From assembly GCF_036321535.1 (NCBI RefSeq), contig NC_087436.1, positions 113,772,001 through 113,836,000 on the forward strand: a stretch of DNA of 64,000 nucleotides, in the 5' to 3' direction. Shown piece by piece: positions 25,131-37,899 of the stretch. Position 1 is the first letter of the stretch; every line of letters begins with the position of its first letter. The notes beneath the pieces are model-generated. The model ran no database searches, was not told where the DNA came from, and was given only the letters and a program-made list of their open reading frames with translations. The stretch is from Camelus dromedarius. Lineage: Eukaryota. A program made the translations under genes and the position numbers.

Positions 25131-26335
25131 TCAAATCCTAATCTACCTATGAGTTCATCTATCTCTCACCTCTAACTGGAAGCCTTTATTCTTAATCTAG
25201 TCAAGTACTAAGATAGCTGAAGGCTAGCCTTAGTCATTGTGAAGGCAAGCTTATTTCGTGTTCATCCTTACTTCTAGGGAGTAGCCGTTCACAGTGTTAA
25301 TGAAAGTCTTCTGGTGTTTACCAGGAGCCCTTTTCTTTGGTGGGTCCTGAATTCACTCTTTGCCTCCCAGGTCTGTGATGCTTATCTATCTATGTTCAGC
25401 TTTTCAGCTTCCTAGCCTCTGCTTTAACATGAGAAAAGCAGCACTAAATGCAAGCTCATTTCTCTTGGCTTTACTTCCCTTCCAGCTTTCGGTCTCTCAA
25501 TTCTTCACTGCTTTGCAAGCTCTGTGTGCCTTCAAACAGATGTTTTAATGTATTTTACAGTTTTTCTAGTTGTTCTCAGAGGGTTGGTTGTTTCAGACTA
25601 ACCTAGATAGCCATTGCCAGAAACCTACCTACTATTTTCCCTTAGTTAAAAATCCATCTGCAGAATGCTGGAATGCTCTAAGACTTGGATACATACCTTT
25701 TTTTCCCCTTCTCTCTACTTCTCTCCTAGGTGATCAGCTCTATCTAGTTCACAGCCTTAGTTTTGTTTTTCTGTTTGTCCTGTTGTTTTATTTTTCCAAA
25801 AGTTTTATAAATAATTGCAGTGACAAGAAAAAAAATTCAAACACAAAATAAGGAAAACAGTTAATAACCTTCACCCAAATCTTTACCTTCCAATTCCCCC
25901 AAAATAAACAATATTAATAGCTGTAACTTTCCAACTTGTCCTCATGTTTATACACACATATACATGTGCCTCCCTGCCCAAGACCCATAAATACAAAGAA
26001 TTTATGACTTGCTCATTTTCATAAAGGGCAGCTTATATAAGCATGTTAGTATGGATTTAAGTTTTCTTTTCTTTGGTTAAAAATGTTTTGCGTATTGTGT
26101 TCAGTCTTGCAGGCCATTGCACGAGGGCCTAGCACATCGGTTTTAGGAACTGCATAGTGTTACACAGTAAAGACACAGCACACTTTTTCAACTGTTTTCA
26201 TATTGAAGGACAATTCGCTTATGTCATGTTTTTGTCATGATGATGCTATAATACCCACCTACATACATAGATCTGGAGAGAAGACTCACCTCAGTAGGAT
26301 TACCAGGTCAAGGGATCTGTATGTTTCAAACATAA

Positions 26336-26470
26336 GGGGAGGAGGGTATAGCTCAAGTGATAAAGTGCCTGCTTAGCAAGCACTAAGTCCTGGGTTCAGT
26401 CCCTCGTACCTCCTCTAAAAATAAATAAATAAACCAAATACTCTCCCCACCCCACCCCCTGCAGACACAG
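26336..26470 (+). mobile_element. tRNA-derived SINE (camelid vic-1-like), second copy
   Basis: GGAGGGTATAGCTCAAGTG...GTCCTGGGTTCAGTCCC...AAATAAATAAATAAACC...CCCC, clearly homologous to 17647-17762. Confidence 0.88.
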
Positions 26471-27569
26471 TGTATTTTAAATATAAAACATGTTGCTCCA
26501 TAGCTTTGCAAAATGTTTTTATCCGTTAACATTACCATTAGCGTTGCTTGTGAACCCACTATTCTGGTTGAACAGGACATTTTTATGTTTTTTTTTTTTT
26601 TAATTTCAGGCAATCTGAAGATGAAAATGATCTCCTTTGTCTTACTTTGCTTTTTTCTGACTGATAGAAAACCACTGCAACCTGATTATGTGTATATATT
26701 GCCAAGTTTTTTAATCAATACTAAGATCCCTGGTAACAATACAAAGTCAAAAATACCTACTCTAAAGTGTCAAGAAAATGGCAGGATGATTTCAGTGTAA
26801 ATCTATAGAGAGATCATTACGGTGTCAAAATGAAAATTTTAAAAGTCAATACATGCTGAATGCACTGACATCTGAGACTGACTCATACTGTCAAGTTGAA
26901 GGAGGATGAGAGTCTGTCAAGGGAGGTTTGCAAAGATCAGGCTGGGGAATCAGGCCAAGTTGAAGGAACAAAGACCTCCCTGTATGAGCTCCATTATAAA
27001 ATTATGAGATTAAGATGAAATCAAATGTTTCTCTCCATTAAGGAATTTATTCAGTGTCATATTGTAATTCTAGAATTTCATCTGTCACTCATCTGAAATG
27101 AGCAGCATTCTCAGACTAAAATTTATTTTGTTATTAGAGAAGACTATAAGGGAACTTTACCTGGTCTTATGCATGCCAGACATCTGAAATTTTTCTTTAG
27201 TTTTCAGGTAGCATCCACCCAAAGTAGCTATCTATTTATAGTAGTTCCTAAAGTATCATTTAACTTGATCTACTGTTTGTAGAAATAAAGTCCACATTAT
27301 TTAGTAATGAGCACCCTTTATTTCTTGCTGTAAACACAAATGTGCACACATACACTAAAAATTCTGTAGGTAGTTCAGATAGTTCACAGAAGCTCATTGA
27401 TTCCATTAAGTCATCCTCAATACCAGGTGTAGGTATAGGTAAGTGAGTGACCTCTGTGCTAGACAGGTAGGAATTTTCTTTAGGGCTTATAATATTCTCA
27501 TCTGACAATTTGATGTGATAGAATGGCTGGACTTTGTCTTATGGCTCTTCTGTTTTATTTTTGCTTAAG

Positions 27570-28700
27570 CATTTCTTTAAATTTTAAAGGATTGATTACT
27601 CCTCTTTCCTAAATATTTTTAAACTTTCCTTCTCAATTGGATTCTTATCAGTGTTTAAACTCTCTCAGTTCTCTCTAATCATGGACAAAATAAATGAAGA
27701 ACCTCCGAGCCACATCTGCCTCTGACTCCTGCTCTCCCCCACTCTCTTTCAACAAAGGATCTCTCAAAGGTGTCCTCTACTTCCTCTCCCTCTTCTCCGG
27801 CTCAGTCCTCAGCCCACTCCAGCCAGATCCGCCCTCTTCAAACAATTCCCACTATGATCACCAGCGACCTTCAGCAATACTTGAGCTCCCAGAGGGTGCT
27901 GGCCATCATTCTTTTTACCTTTTTTGTTTGTTTGTTTGTTTGTTTAATAAATATTTCCTTCAACTATCATGAAGTCATATTCTCAGTTTATCGTTCTAAC
28001 ACCTGAGCCTTTTCTCCAGCCCAGTTGCATGATCCTTCTCCTTGAGCTACTGTTGTCTCTCAGCAGAAGTACAGGAATCAACTCCTCATTGAATTTCTCA
28101 ATTTCTCTCCTACATTTGTCTCCTCTTCTTACACAGTGTAGCCAGAATAAAACTTCCATGATGAACACCTGATGATGTTATTTTTCTATGAAAGCTTTTC
28201 AGTGGCTTCCCATTGTTCTTAGGATAAACACCTCAATCCTCTAGCTGTTCTACAAGGCCCAGCACCATCTGGCTCTGGCCCTGTCTTCAACCTCTTTTAT
28301 TCCACACTCTTCACTGGCCACCCAAGTACCACAATGCCTCCACCAGAGTCTTGGAGGATGCTTCTTATCTGCTTGTAATGATTTTCCCTTCAGTCTAAGT
28401 CTTGTTAATGCCTACTGGTTCTTTAGATCTCAGTTAGATCATTCTCTCCTCAGGAACCCTGTCTGATGCCTAGATCTGGTCGTGTACCTTTTAGGCACCC
28501 TCTTGTCAACATGTACCTTTCCTTTATGCCATTCACCACAGTTAGAAATTATACATGGCTTGGTGTGATTGTCTTGCATTTTCTGTACATGTACTGCAAG
28601 CATCCTGAGGACAGGATCCATTTCAACTTTTACTCACTAATATGTCCTTAGTGCCTAATGTGATTACTTGCATATAATAAGTGCTGAACTACAGCTGAAC
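27570..28700 (+). mobile_element. L2 LINE fragment(s)
   Basis: TCAGTGGCTTCCCATTGTTCTTAGGATAAA...CTTTAGATCTCAG...TGAGGACAGGATCCAT...TAGTGCCTA. Confidence 0.8.
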
Positions 28701-28871
28701 TACTAAATCTTCTTTAGCTCATTTCTTTGGAAGGCATATTTCTCCCAGTGCACTCTGAAAAAAGTTATTTATAGCTGTCCTGGCCTGGAGTTCTCTGTTT
28801 AGGCTTTCTTTCCTGTCTCTACCTCTCAGGAATTTATTCAGATATGTATCAAAAATATCTACCATATAGGA

Positions 28872-29296
28872 TGTAGTAGATTTCATTAAAGATCCCAATT
28901 TTCATGTTTCCCTGTATCTGCCTAACACTGTTCCACGTGACTTTATATGTCCTTCCATTAGAACTCCAGAGTAAATTTTCCCACCCTTAATTTTGGGTTC
29001 AGACTTGCTTTGGCTGTTGGAACCTTAGCTGATGTCATAAGCAGAAGTCTGGAAAGCCTTAATATCATTGGGCTTACTCTTTTGCATTATCACCCTCACC
29101 ATGACAAGAGTATGCCCAGAACAGCTGCTGATCCCATGAGGCAAATGAGAGAGGATTGGGCAAAGTCATCTCCAGATGACCCAGCTCGATCAGCCGACCC
29201 CTAGAACAACTACAGACTATGCACTGGTCATGTGCTTCTGAGGTTGCTGTGGATGTTTGCTATGCAGCTTTACTGTGGCTGCAGCTAAATGATACA
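28872..29296 (+). mobile_element. MLT1H/I-like MaLR solo LTR, inserted in a MIR
   Basis: TGTAGTAGAT...GACTTGCTTTGGC...GTTTGCTATGCAGCTTTACTGTGGCTGCAGCTAAATGATACA. Confidence 0.85.
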
Positions 29297-30366
29297 AGGT
29301 GTTGGGGAGAGTAAATGAGATATTGATGCAAAACATCTGAAGCAGAGACTACTTTTTCCTTTAATTTTCCTTTAGATGAGTTTGTATGAAAATGACACTC
29401 CTTGCAGTTTCTTCAAAGCACTTGAGTACTCTTTGCACTTTCTTCAGTGATACCTAGCTGAAACCTCAGTAAGTCTTGGTCGGATGAGACAGAAACCTAG
29501 CTCCAGCTGGATGGAGCCAAAGGCAGGGAATTGTGATGTGCTGGCAGTTGTTTTATTGAGCACCAGCTCTTCTTGGAGCTTCATTGATCCTTTTTTATGG
29601 TGGCTTGCTTACTCTTTCATTTCATTTCTTCCATTATCTTTATTGTTTTCTTTTTTTGTTGTTTGTTTGAGTTTACACTGGTCTACTTTTACTAGTAACT
29701 TCTTGAGTTGAAGAATTCCATTTACAATAGTAATCTTTTTTATTCTTGTATGCACATTAAATGGTTACGGATCTCCTCTACCTTCTTCCCCACACCATCC
29801 CTCTCAACACGGTTTACTTTTTTAAGAACACATAGCTATGAAGCTGCAGCATCAGGACTCAAACTCACATTACCAGAGTGCCTAGCCTTGTATCTGACCA
29901 ATACCAGACACTCAGATGGTTGATGATTAAACGCCTAGATGAAATGGTTGAAACAAGAATAGATTTTGTTCGTTGGCACAGTGATGGGGAGGGTAGGAGT
30001 AGCGGGGCTCTTGCTTTCTGCACTTCACAGTTGAAGGGTGCTCTCAAGAAGCAGATATGTCTTGGACATTTCTGAATTTGAGATTTTGCTACCAAGGCAC
30101 CCAGAGGAGAAATGATTAACCCTAGATGCCACCTCAGCCAAGGCAAGACGATCTGAAATGTGATACTGGCATTTTAGGACTGCTCAGTAATTCAACATTC
30201 AAGTCCTTTGTAAATGCTATACATTTCTTCCCTTAATCATCACCATCCTTCATCTGCCCAGCAGTCATGTTTAGAACAAAGCAAATGTTAACAGAAGAAG
30301 AGGCAGCCAACACTTTAATTCAGCTTTAAGCATTAGCTGCATTTCAGATGCTGTACAAAAGCTTTG

Positions 30367-30419
30367 AATAATATATATATATTATTATATATATATTAAT
30401 AATATATATATAATAATAT
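30367..30419. repeat. AT-only (TA)n-rich palindromic tract
   Basis: AATAATATATATATATTATTATATATATATTAATAATATATATATAATAATAT. Confidence 0.9.
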
Positions 30420-30639
30420 CTCCTGTATTATTTCAAGAGAGGGAGGAAAAAAGATTTACTTCAGTTACACAGGATGTATTAAATTATTCAGTCGAGAAAT
30501 CAAATTTTGATTACCAAAACAAACGTTTTGTTTAAAATCTCTGGTAGAAGTGTAAACTACTTGAAATTATTGTTTTACTTCCATATTGTCTCAGTGGTTT
30601 TGATCTCATCCTCAGACTATCAGTACGAAGCACAGCACC

Positions 30640-31320
30640 AGACTGATGCTGTTCAAATATAGCTGAGACTTTATCCCTTCTCTACTCGACAACAGTGCAG
30701 TGACGGATAACTCCTCATCCCAAGAGATTAAGAGCCCCAATTTTGACAACCATCATATGGTCCTACAAAATCTGGCCCCTCCTCCTAGTATGCAGACCTC
30801 ATCTCCTTTGACCACTCCCAGCCCCTTGGCTAAATCTACTCCAGCCATATTGACATTGTTGCCTCTCCTTAGACATATCTGGTGGGCCTTCCTTTAGGCC
30901 CCTAGTTCTAGCCCTTTCCTACGCCTGCAGCATTCCTCCCCTTGAAAGCCTCATAGGTTGTACACTTTCTCTTCCATCTAGCCGAGACCCGATGCCATCC
31001 TCCATCTCTGGCCATCCCTGAATAATCCATTTATAATTGAAACCTGTCTTTCCTGCTCCCACCCTGGCACTTTTGATTCCCCTTGACAGTTTTTATTTTT
31101 CTCAAGAGCATTTATCACCATCTAATATGCTACAGAGATACACATACACATATTAAAAAATATATTCTTTTATTTATTATCTGAATGACACCACCCCAGC
31201 AATATCAACTTTATAGATTTTCTTTTATTTTATACCTAATGTATCTTCAATTCCTAGAACATTGTCTGGCACCATGAGGCCATTGATAAATACTGCACAA
31301 CGAATAAGTGAATGAATGAG
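30640..31320 (+). mobile_element. L2a-like 3' end
   Basis: TCCTAGAACATTGTCTGGCAC...GATAAATACTG...GAATAAGTGAATGAATGAG. Confidence 0.85.
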
Positions 31321-31324
31321 TTAA

Positions 31325-31530
31325 AAATACCACTTATTACATCTTTACTATGTAAGGCACTTTTCTATGCACTTTACATTGTTAATTCATTTAATTTGAT
31401 AAGGTAGGTCCTAATGTATTCCTCATATTAAAGTTGAGGAAAAGGAAGCACACAGAAATTACCTACCTGTTGCAGGACACATGATGGAATTTTAAAGTAA
31501 TTTCTCTGCTCAAAATCATTGACTATTTTG
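31325..31530 (-). mobile_element. MIR SINE
   Basis: TTACTATGTAAGGCAC...GCACTTTACATTGTTAATTCATTTAAT...GAGGAAAAGGAAGCACAGA. Confidence 0.75.
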
Positions 31531-31879
31531 CTACTGCCACTGGAACAAAGTACCATGATTTCAGCTTTGCATCCAAGCCTCCCTGCAGTCTGACACCTTA
31601 TCATTTTCCCAGGTAATTGACTTATTCTCCCCTTTCCAAGTGCACTGAGAGTCCCCACAAGAGGAAGAAATAGGTAATTATAATAAGAGGCAGAAGGCCT
31701 AGTGTAATGACCTGTGACTGTCCTCTTAATGTGGACCAGCTACCACATAAATCTGTTATATGTACTGTTTTACAGTCCTTACCACAGCCCACGTGAGAAG
31801 ACCGAGACTTAGAGAAGTTAAGCCATTCTTCCAAGTTCAGACAGGTCATCAACAACCGAGTCTGTAATTCTTCCTGGGC

Positions 31880-32446
31880 ACTCAGAGCTCTGTATGTAGG
31901 AGTCCCAACATAGAGGATGCCACACAGTTGGGTTCTCTGCTCCGGGCATCAAAGGGCTGAAATAAAAAGGCGTTGGCTGGACTGTACTCTTTTCTGGAGG
32001 CTCCTGAGAAGAGTCACTTCTGAGCTCATTCACATGGTTGAAAGGATTGTTTTGGTTGTAGGACTGAGGTTTCCATTTCCTTGCTGGTTGCCAGCTGGGG
32101 GCTGTTTTCAGTGCCTAGAGACCATTCACAGTCCTTGCATCCTGGCACCTTACATCGTCAAAGCTAGCAATCACACTTCAAATCCTTCTCATGATTTGAG
32201 GCTCTGAATTCCTCTTTATCTGACCTCTAGATCTATATTTAAAACCCTCATTCGATAAAGTCAGTTTCACTCATATAATCTCTTTATCTTAAGGTCAACA
32301 GATTTTAGAGCTTAATTACATTCTGCAGATTCCTTTTTGCCATATGGTCAACCACAACCGTGGGAGTGATATTCTGTCTTAACTGTAGATCTGGGATTGT
32401 ATAGGAGTGGGAGCATTGAAGGACATTTTAGAATTTCTGACTATCA
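31880..32446 (-). mobile_element. MLT1E-like MaLR LTR
   Basis: TTGTAGGACTGAGGTTTCCATTTCCTTGCTGGTTGCCAGCTGGGGGC...CTTAAGGTCAAC...CATTTTAGAATTTCTGACTATCA. Confidence 0.85.
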
Positions 32447-32678
32447 TGCCCTCCTCCTGACTTCACATTCCTTTATTGTGCCTCAGACATCTACTCATTC
32501 TCCTGATAACTACTTTGTCTCTTTCTTAGAAAAATGCCAGCATACACATATGAATCCTGCCTGTGCTCAAGGAAGCCTGGCCACTGGCCGTGGACTCTCC
32601 CTTCCATATTATCCTTTTTGGTATGAAAATAGGCAGAGAGGAAGGCAAGCACCAAGACAGAAGGTTTTATTTGCCATG

Positions 32679-33158
32679 TGTGTTGATTTCCTATGTCTGC
32701 CATAAAAAATTAACACAAATTTGGTGGCTTAGAACAAACATTTATCCCACAGTTCTTTAGATCAGAGGGTTGATATCAGTTTCACTGGGCTAAATGCAAA
32801 AGTGTCTGCAAGGCTATATTTTCTTCTGAAAGCTTTATGGGAGGATCCATCTCCTGCCTTTTCCAGCTTCTGGAGGCTGCCTGTACTCCTGAATTCATTG
32901 CCCCATTTCTCCCACCTTCAAAGCCAGCAGTGTTGCATATCCCTGATCCATCTTCCATCATCAGTCTCTCTCTCGCCATATCTGAGAAAGGTTTTCCTCT
33001 TGTAAGGACACACTTGCTTAGACTGGACAATCCAGAATAATATACCTGTGATCGTATCTGCAAAGCCCCTTTTGCCCTGTGAGATAACATTCACAGTCTC
33101 AGTGTTATGATGTAAAAATCTTTGGATGGGGAGAGTATACATTACTCTTCATATTACA
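32679..33158 (-). mobile_element. MLT1C/D-like MaLR solo LTR
   Basis: CACAAATTTGGTGGCTTAGAACAA...CTGCCTTTTCCAGCTTCTGGAGGCTGCC...ATCTGCAAAGCCCCTTTTGCC. Confidence 0.88.
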
Positions 33159-33309
33159 TCATATCAAAAAGTTTGAGCTTTCATCTGAAGATGGGTAGTC
33201 ATTGAAGGAGTTGCAGCATGAAGTGACTGAGACATATTTGCATATGAGAAAGACTCCTCAGTTCTAGGTTTCAAACTAATGATAGAGGATGGTCATATTA
33301 ACCAATAAC

Positions 33310-33525
33310 AACTAACTCAGTGTGGAGTACCAACCACATTTCCAGTGCCATCTGAAGTGTTTTGCAACCTCTTTTTAACCCTTATAAGTTAGATAATATT
33401 GCACCAGCAATAATCCCATTTTATAGATGATAAAACAGATGCACAAAGGATTTTAAAGTAGCAAGTGCCAGAGCCAAGATTAAGTCCAGGTAGTCCGGTT
33501 TCCAGAGCCAAAATTCTAACCACTA
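33310..33525 (-). mobile_element. MIR SINE
   Basis: ATCCCATTTTATAGATGATAAAACAGATGCACA...GAGCCAAGATTAAGTCCAGGTAGTC. Confidence 0.75.
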
Positions 33526-34961
33526 AAGGAAACTGCTGTTAGCAGTGCAGAGAGTACCTCGTACCTCCTCCCATACTTTGAAAGAGGAAGAAAGCATGGT
33601 CACAGTGGCCCAGGAATGATTTACAGATGCAGTGGAACATGCAAAGAGGACATAAAAAGAGGGAGGACTTGAAAGTCTAGAGAAAGACTTGCTGATGAAT
33701 ACCTTAACTATAGTCAAATCTATGTCCTCCCTTTTCTATAAAATTGGATCCTTGGTCCCTGTAATTGCTTGACTCCTTGAATTTCGAAAGGATGAATCAG
33801 GGGCACTAGGAACAATATGTGCTGATAGGTGCAGTCTTCCCCTTTGATTGCTACCTTGCAAGTTTCACAAATAACTAACCACCAGAGCGCTTGTCTCTCT
33901 CATACCAAATTCCATTTTGATTTTTTTCAGCCCTCTTGATTCTCATCACTTTGTGCCAAAATTGTGTTTTTCCAAAGATGTTTTCAAAAATGTTTTTGTT
34001 CTATTTAATAGGCTCAGTTTTCAATGTTTGGGCTGAAATTGAGGAGGTGCTTTATGAAAAGTGAATGCATTTGAATGGTGAAGCTCCCTGTGAACAGAAA
34101 TACAGTATTGTCCTACTCTGAAGTTCCTAAGAGCCAGCCTCTGTTATTTTATTTCTAGATTTCCTTCCATCTTCTTCTTTAAAACTTTTCAAAATGACAT
34201 CAAACAGCTTTCCTTTTGCTAAGGTAGGCTAATGGTGCAAGGATTATCAAGTAGGGACAACCAGAGCTATTGTTCTTATAAAATATATTAATTTTTTAAA
34301 AAAGGAAAACTTCCTTTCCAGCTACTCACTGAGAAATAGCGCCTCTATTTCTCTAATCCTTAAAATCAGAGATGGTCACAGAAAGAGATAGCTCATCAAA
34401 AAACAAGACAATGAGGCCACCCTGTATACCACCTCCAAGAAAGGGACAATTGTGTCAAAAGAGAGAGACAAGAAAGCAGCATTTACTGATCACTGCCTTT
34501 GTGCTAAGAAAGGCACTGTGCTACTTAATGTACCTTAAGTCACTTGGTCTTTTGAAAAGTCCCCTGAGCCAACTACTCTTATCTCCAGTCTGCAGTTGAA
34601 GAAATCGAGACATGGAGAAGGTAGGCAACTTATTCAAAAGTTTTGTGAGTGATGAGGCCAGGGTTTGAATTCAGGTATTTCTTGCAGTAATAAATTACAT
34701 CACTTACCTTGTCAATTTAGTATTGTTCTGATAAATGATTCTTTATGACAATTTCTACTTATCAGAGATACAAGAGAAACAGAAGTTTCGTAAATGTGTT
34801 CAGAGAGAAAAATAATCACCTGCTGACATTAAACATGTGTCAAAGAATGCACTCCTAAACCTATAATGTAAAGTATAACTTAGTAAAATGCGATATGGAT
34901 TCCTTCCCTAAATTTTTTTTCTTGTAGGTTGAAAAGCTAGCATTTCATATATATACACACA

Positions 34962-34962
34962 T

Positions 34963-35010
<48 letters not shown>
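34962..35010 (+). repeat. (GATA)n microsatellite
   Basis: About 11 perfect GATA units. Confidence 0.97.
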
Positions 35011-35011
<1 letters not shown>

Positions 35012-35919
35012 GGAGTTAATAAATAACATTTTATTTAGTTGCAGCACTGTCTAGTATTTCTTCAGCACTTTTCCTAACGCATTATCTCACTGAATGCCCC
35101 ATCCTTCCATGAGCTAGGCATTACTTGAGCTCCTGTACTTTTATTAAACTGAGGCTCAGGAGCAGTTCAGCTGCATGAGTAAGATAGTGCAGTTAATGAA
35201 TTGTAAAGCCAGACCTAGAACATTGCTCTTCAGCTACCAAGATATAATTCTTCAGGCCATGTAGTCTGACATCCTAATTAACCTATGAATAGAAACAGTA
35301 AAGTCTTATAAATACAAAGAGAAGACAGTTTCTGTAGGACAATGTAGGGCAGTTTGACCAGTGAGAAATTTTTCATCCTCTAGCCTTCTAAAAAGATTTT
35401 CTGTATCTTTACTCATTTATTAGTTTGATCACTTATGACTCGGACTTCAAACTCACACCTTGACCCCTTCAGCATTGGTGCATATAAACCCTTTCCATGG
35501 TATTTCAGTTCAGCTTTCTTCTACAGCCTTCAATTTGGCTTATACATCTCCATACCAATATCCCCTATGAGGTTAGAATTTTTTTTCCATGGACATGGAC
35601 ACCCAGAGTCCAAACCACACGTGTCTAGGCCAGTTGTGAATCCCACGGTAGCAGCAAGTAGGACCAAAAGCAGTTAACAAAGGAGGAAATCCTAAGAGGG
35701 AGCTTGTAGAAGAAGAGAAGCTAGAGTTGAGTTTTGAAAAGTGAGTAGGATACAGTGAGATAAAGAGGAGGAAAATGAGAAGGGTAGCAGAATGGATAGC
35801 AATATTGGGAAAGAGAGTGAGAAGCGAAACCTTGTTCATTAAATTCCAAAGTTGTAAATTAAAATTTAATTGAAAACTAAATTCTCCAGTTTTAGTTAGT
35901 CTCCTAAATTATTTGCAAG

Positions 35920-35922
35920 CAT

Positions 35923-35954
<32 letters not shown>

Positions 35955-35985
35955 ACACATACACACACACTCACACACACACACA
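35920..35985 (+). repeat. Interrupted (CA)n microsatellite
   Basis: About 30 CA units with CT/TA interruptions. Confidence 0.97.
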
Positions 35986-36610
35986 GAGCTGTTATTTAAG
36001 GTTCACGGAATCCTCACTTTCTGGTTCAAAGCACATGGAAACAAAGGGCTTTGGAAGATTTTGTAAAAATGCAATTATTGCAAAAGCACAATTTTGTCAG
36101 TTTGTATTTATAATCAAAGCACAGTAGGAATTTCAAAGTAAATGCAATCCTTGTTATGTCAGAAAGCTCTGAAGTCACTGTCTTAAAAACTAAAGTAGGG
36201 GCAGTTGCAGCAAAAAGTTGCACATCTTAAAGGCCTAAAGTTCTGACATATGACTCCTATCAGTAATGTCCTAAAGAAGTCATATCTAACTGATGTGGTC
36301 GATTGTCTGTTTGACATTTTATGATGCATACAGATAAAGAGGGAGAAGAAAGAGATTTAGCAGTTATTGACCACATACTAAGTGACAAGAACTCAGTATT
36401 ATACTTAATATTGTTCATATTATTGCATTCTCACAACAGCGCTAAATGTAAAATATTGTGCACATTGATAAGATGACAAAAAGGAGAAACAAGTTAAATA
36501 CCTTTGCTAATGTCAGATACACAGAATTTTTTGGAACCAGTTTTTAAGTTTAAGTATTAGTTGCCAAAGGCCATGATATTTACACATTTTCAAATGTATG
36601 ATATGATTGG

Positions 36611-36628
36611 TCTCTCTCTCTCTCTACA

Positions 36629-36662
<34 letters not shown>
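36611..36662 (+). repeat. (TC)n(CA)n compound microsatellite
   Basis: Seen directly. Confidence 0.97.
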
Positions 36663-36663
<1 letters not shown>

Positions 36664-36859
36664 CAGAAAATCAGTATAGCATGATTTATTCATTTGTTCT
36701 ATTGATGTATTCATGAAATTAGAAGTAAGTGCTGGTTTTTGTTTTGCTTAAGTTCAGAGATGGAATACACTGATGTATATACATAATAAGACCTATCATT
36801 TAAATATCATAAAATTCATTCCAGAAAATTATCTTTACAAAAAAATAAACAATAATAAA

Positions 36860-37305
36860 AATACTTTCTTGCTACTGTGGTCATAATTGGCTAACATATT
36901 TAATGAAAACCCCAAGTGTCAGTGAATTAACATAATTCAAGTTTATTTTGTCTTAGAGTCCACATAGATTAATAAATAGCTTTTGCGGTAGGGGGGAGAC
37001 TTCTGCCTCATACAGTTTCTCAGGGATCCAGGCTCCTTCTTTCTTGGAATTCCCCCAACTTTACAGTACATATGATCCAACAGGAAGAGACCATGTGCAA
37101 GACATGTAGGGCCCATTAAAACGCACCTCAGAGGTAGCAAGCATCATTTCTGGTAATACTGCATCAGCCAGAACTGATAACACGGCTCCCTCCTTAATTA
37201 AAGGAGCTTGGGAATGTGTTCCTGACTGGAGCGCTTTCCCAATATCAGTTATAAACCACACACACACAAAAGCAAATGAATAGTTTGGTAGTCTGCAAAC
37301 CATCT
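36860..37305 (-). mobile_element. MLT1J/K-like MaLR LTR
   Basis: CTCAGGGATCCAGGCTCCTTC...CATTTCTGGTAATACTGCATCAGCCAGAACT...AAGGAGCTTGGGAATGT. Confidence 0.7.
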
Positions 37306-37344
37306 CTTTCCCTTGTCTATTCTTCTGGTCACTGAAGATCTAAG

Positions 37345-37898
37345 CACACCTGTGTTACTACCTAACAGATTACAGCAAACTTAAGAGTCATGAGACCTCT
37401 ATATCAAGTTTTCTGTAGACCAGGTGTTCAAGCATGGCCTAGCTGGGTTCCTTGTTCAGATTCTTGCAAGTCTGCATTCAAGCTGAGGATCGGGCTGAAT
37501 TCTTATTTGGAGGCTCAACTGGGGAAGGGCCTACTTTCTAGTTCTCTCAGGGCATCAGTAAAAAAAGTTTGCTGTTGCTATAGAATTCATAGCAGCCTCC
37601 TTCTTCAAAGCCAGGAATAGAGGGGAAGAGACTCTAGAATGTGTCTGTAACAAGACAGTCTTATGTAACATAGCATAAACATGGAGCAACATGTCATTAG
37701 CATTACCATATAATGTAATGTGGTTATGGGAGTGAAATTTTATCAGCTCTGCTATTGGTGATTGATGACTGCTGTTGGTCTAGTGATTAGAAGTGAGTTA
37801 CAGGTCTTGCCCACACCCTAGAGAAGGAGATCATTACAGGATGTGCATACCAGAAGATGGGAACCACGGGGGCCACCAAAACATACTTATTCAATCAC
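37345..37898 (-). mobile_element. MLT1F-like MaLR LTR
   Basis: TGGCCTAGCTGGGTTCCT...GGAGGCTCAACTGGGGAAGG...TTAGAAGTGAGTTACAGGTCTTGCCCACAC. Confidence 0.8.
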
Positions 37899-37899
37899 A

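Noticed and set aside
26336..26415. tRNA gene (also at 17690-17762)
   Set aside because: A and B boxes are present, but the stems are degenerate and there is a SINE tail (and a clear TSD at the 17.7-kb copy), so these are SINEs.
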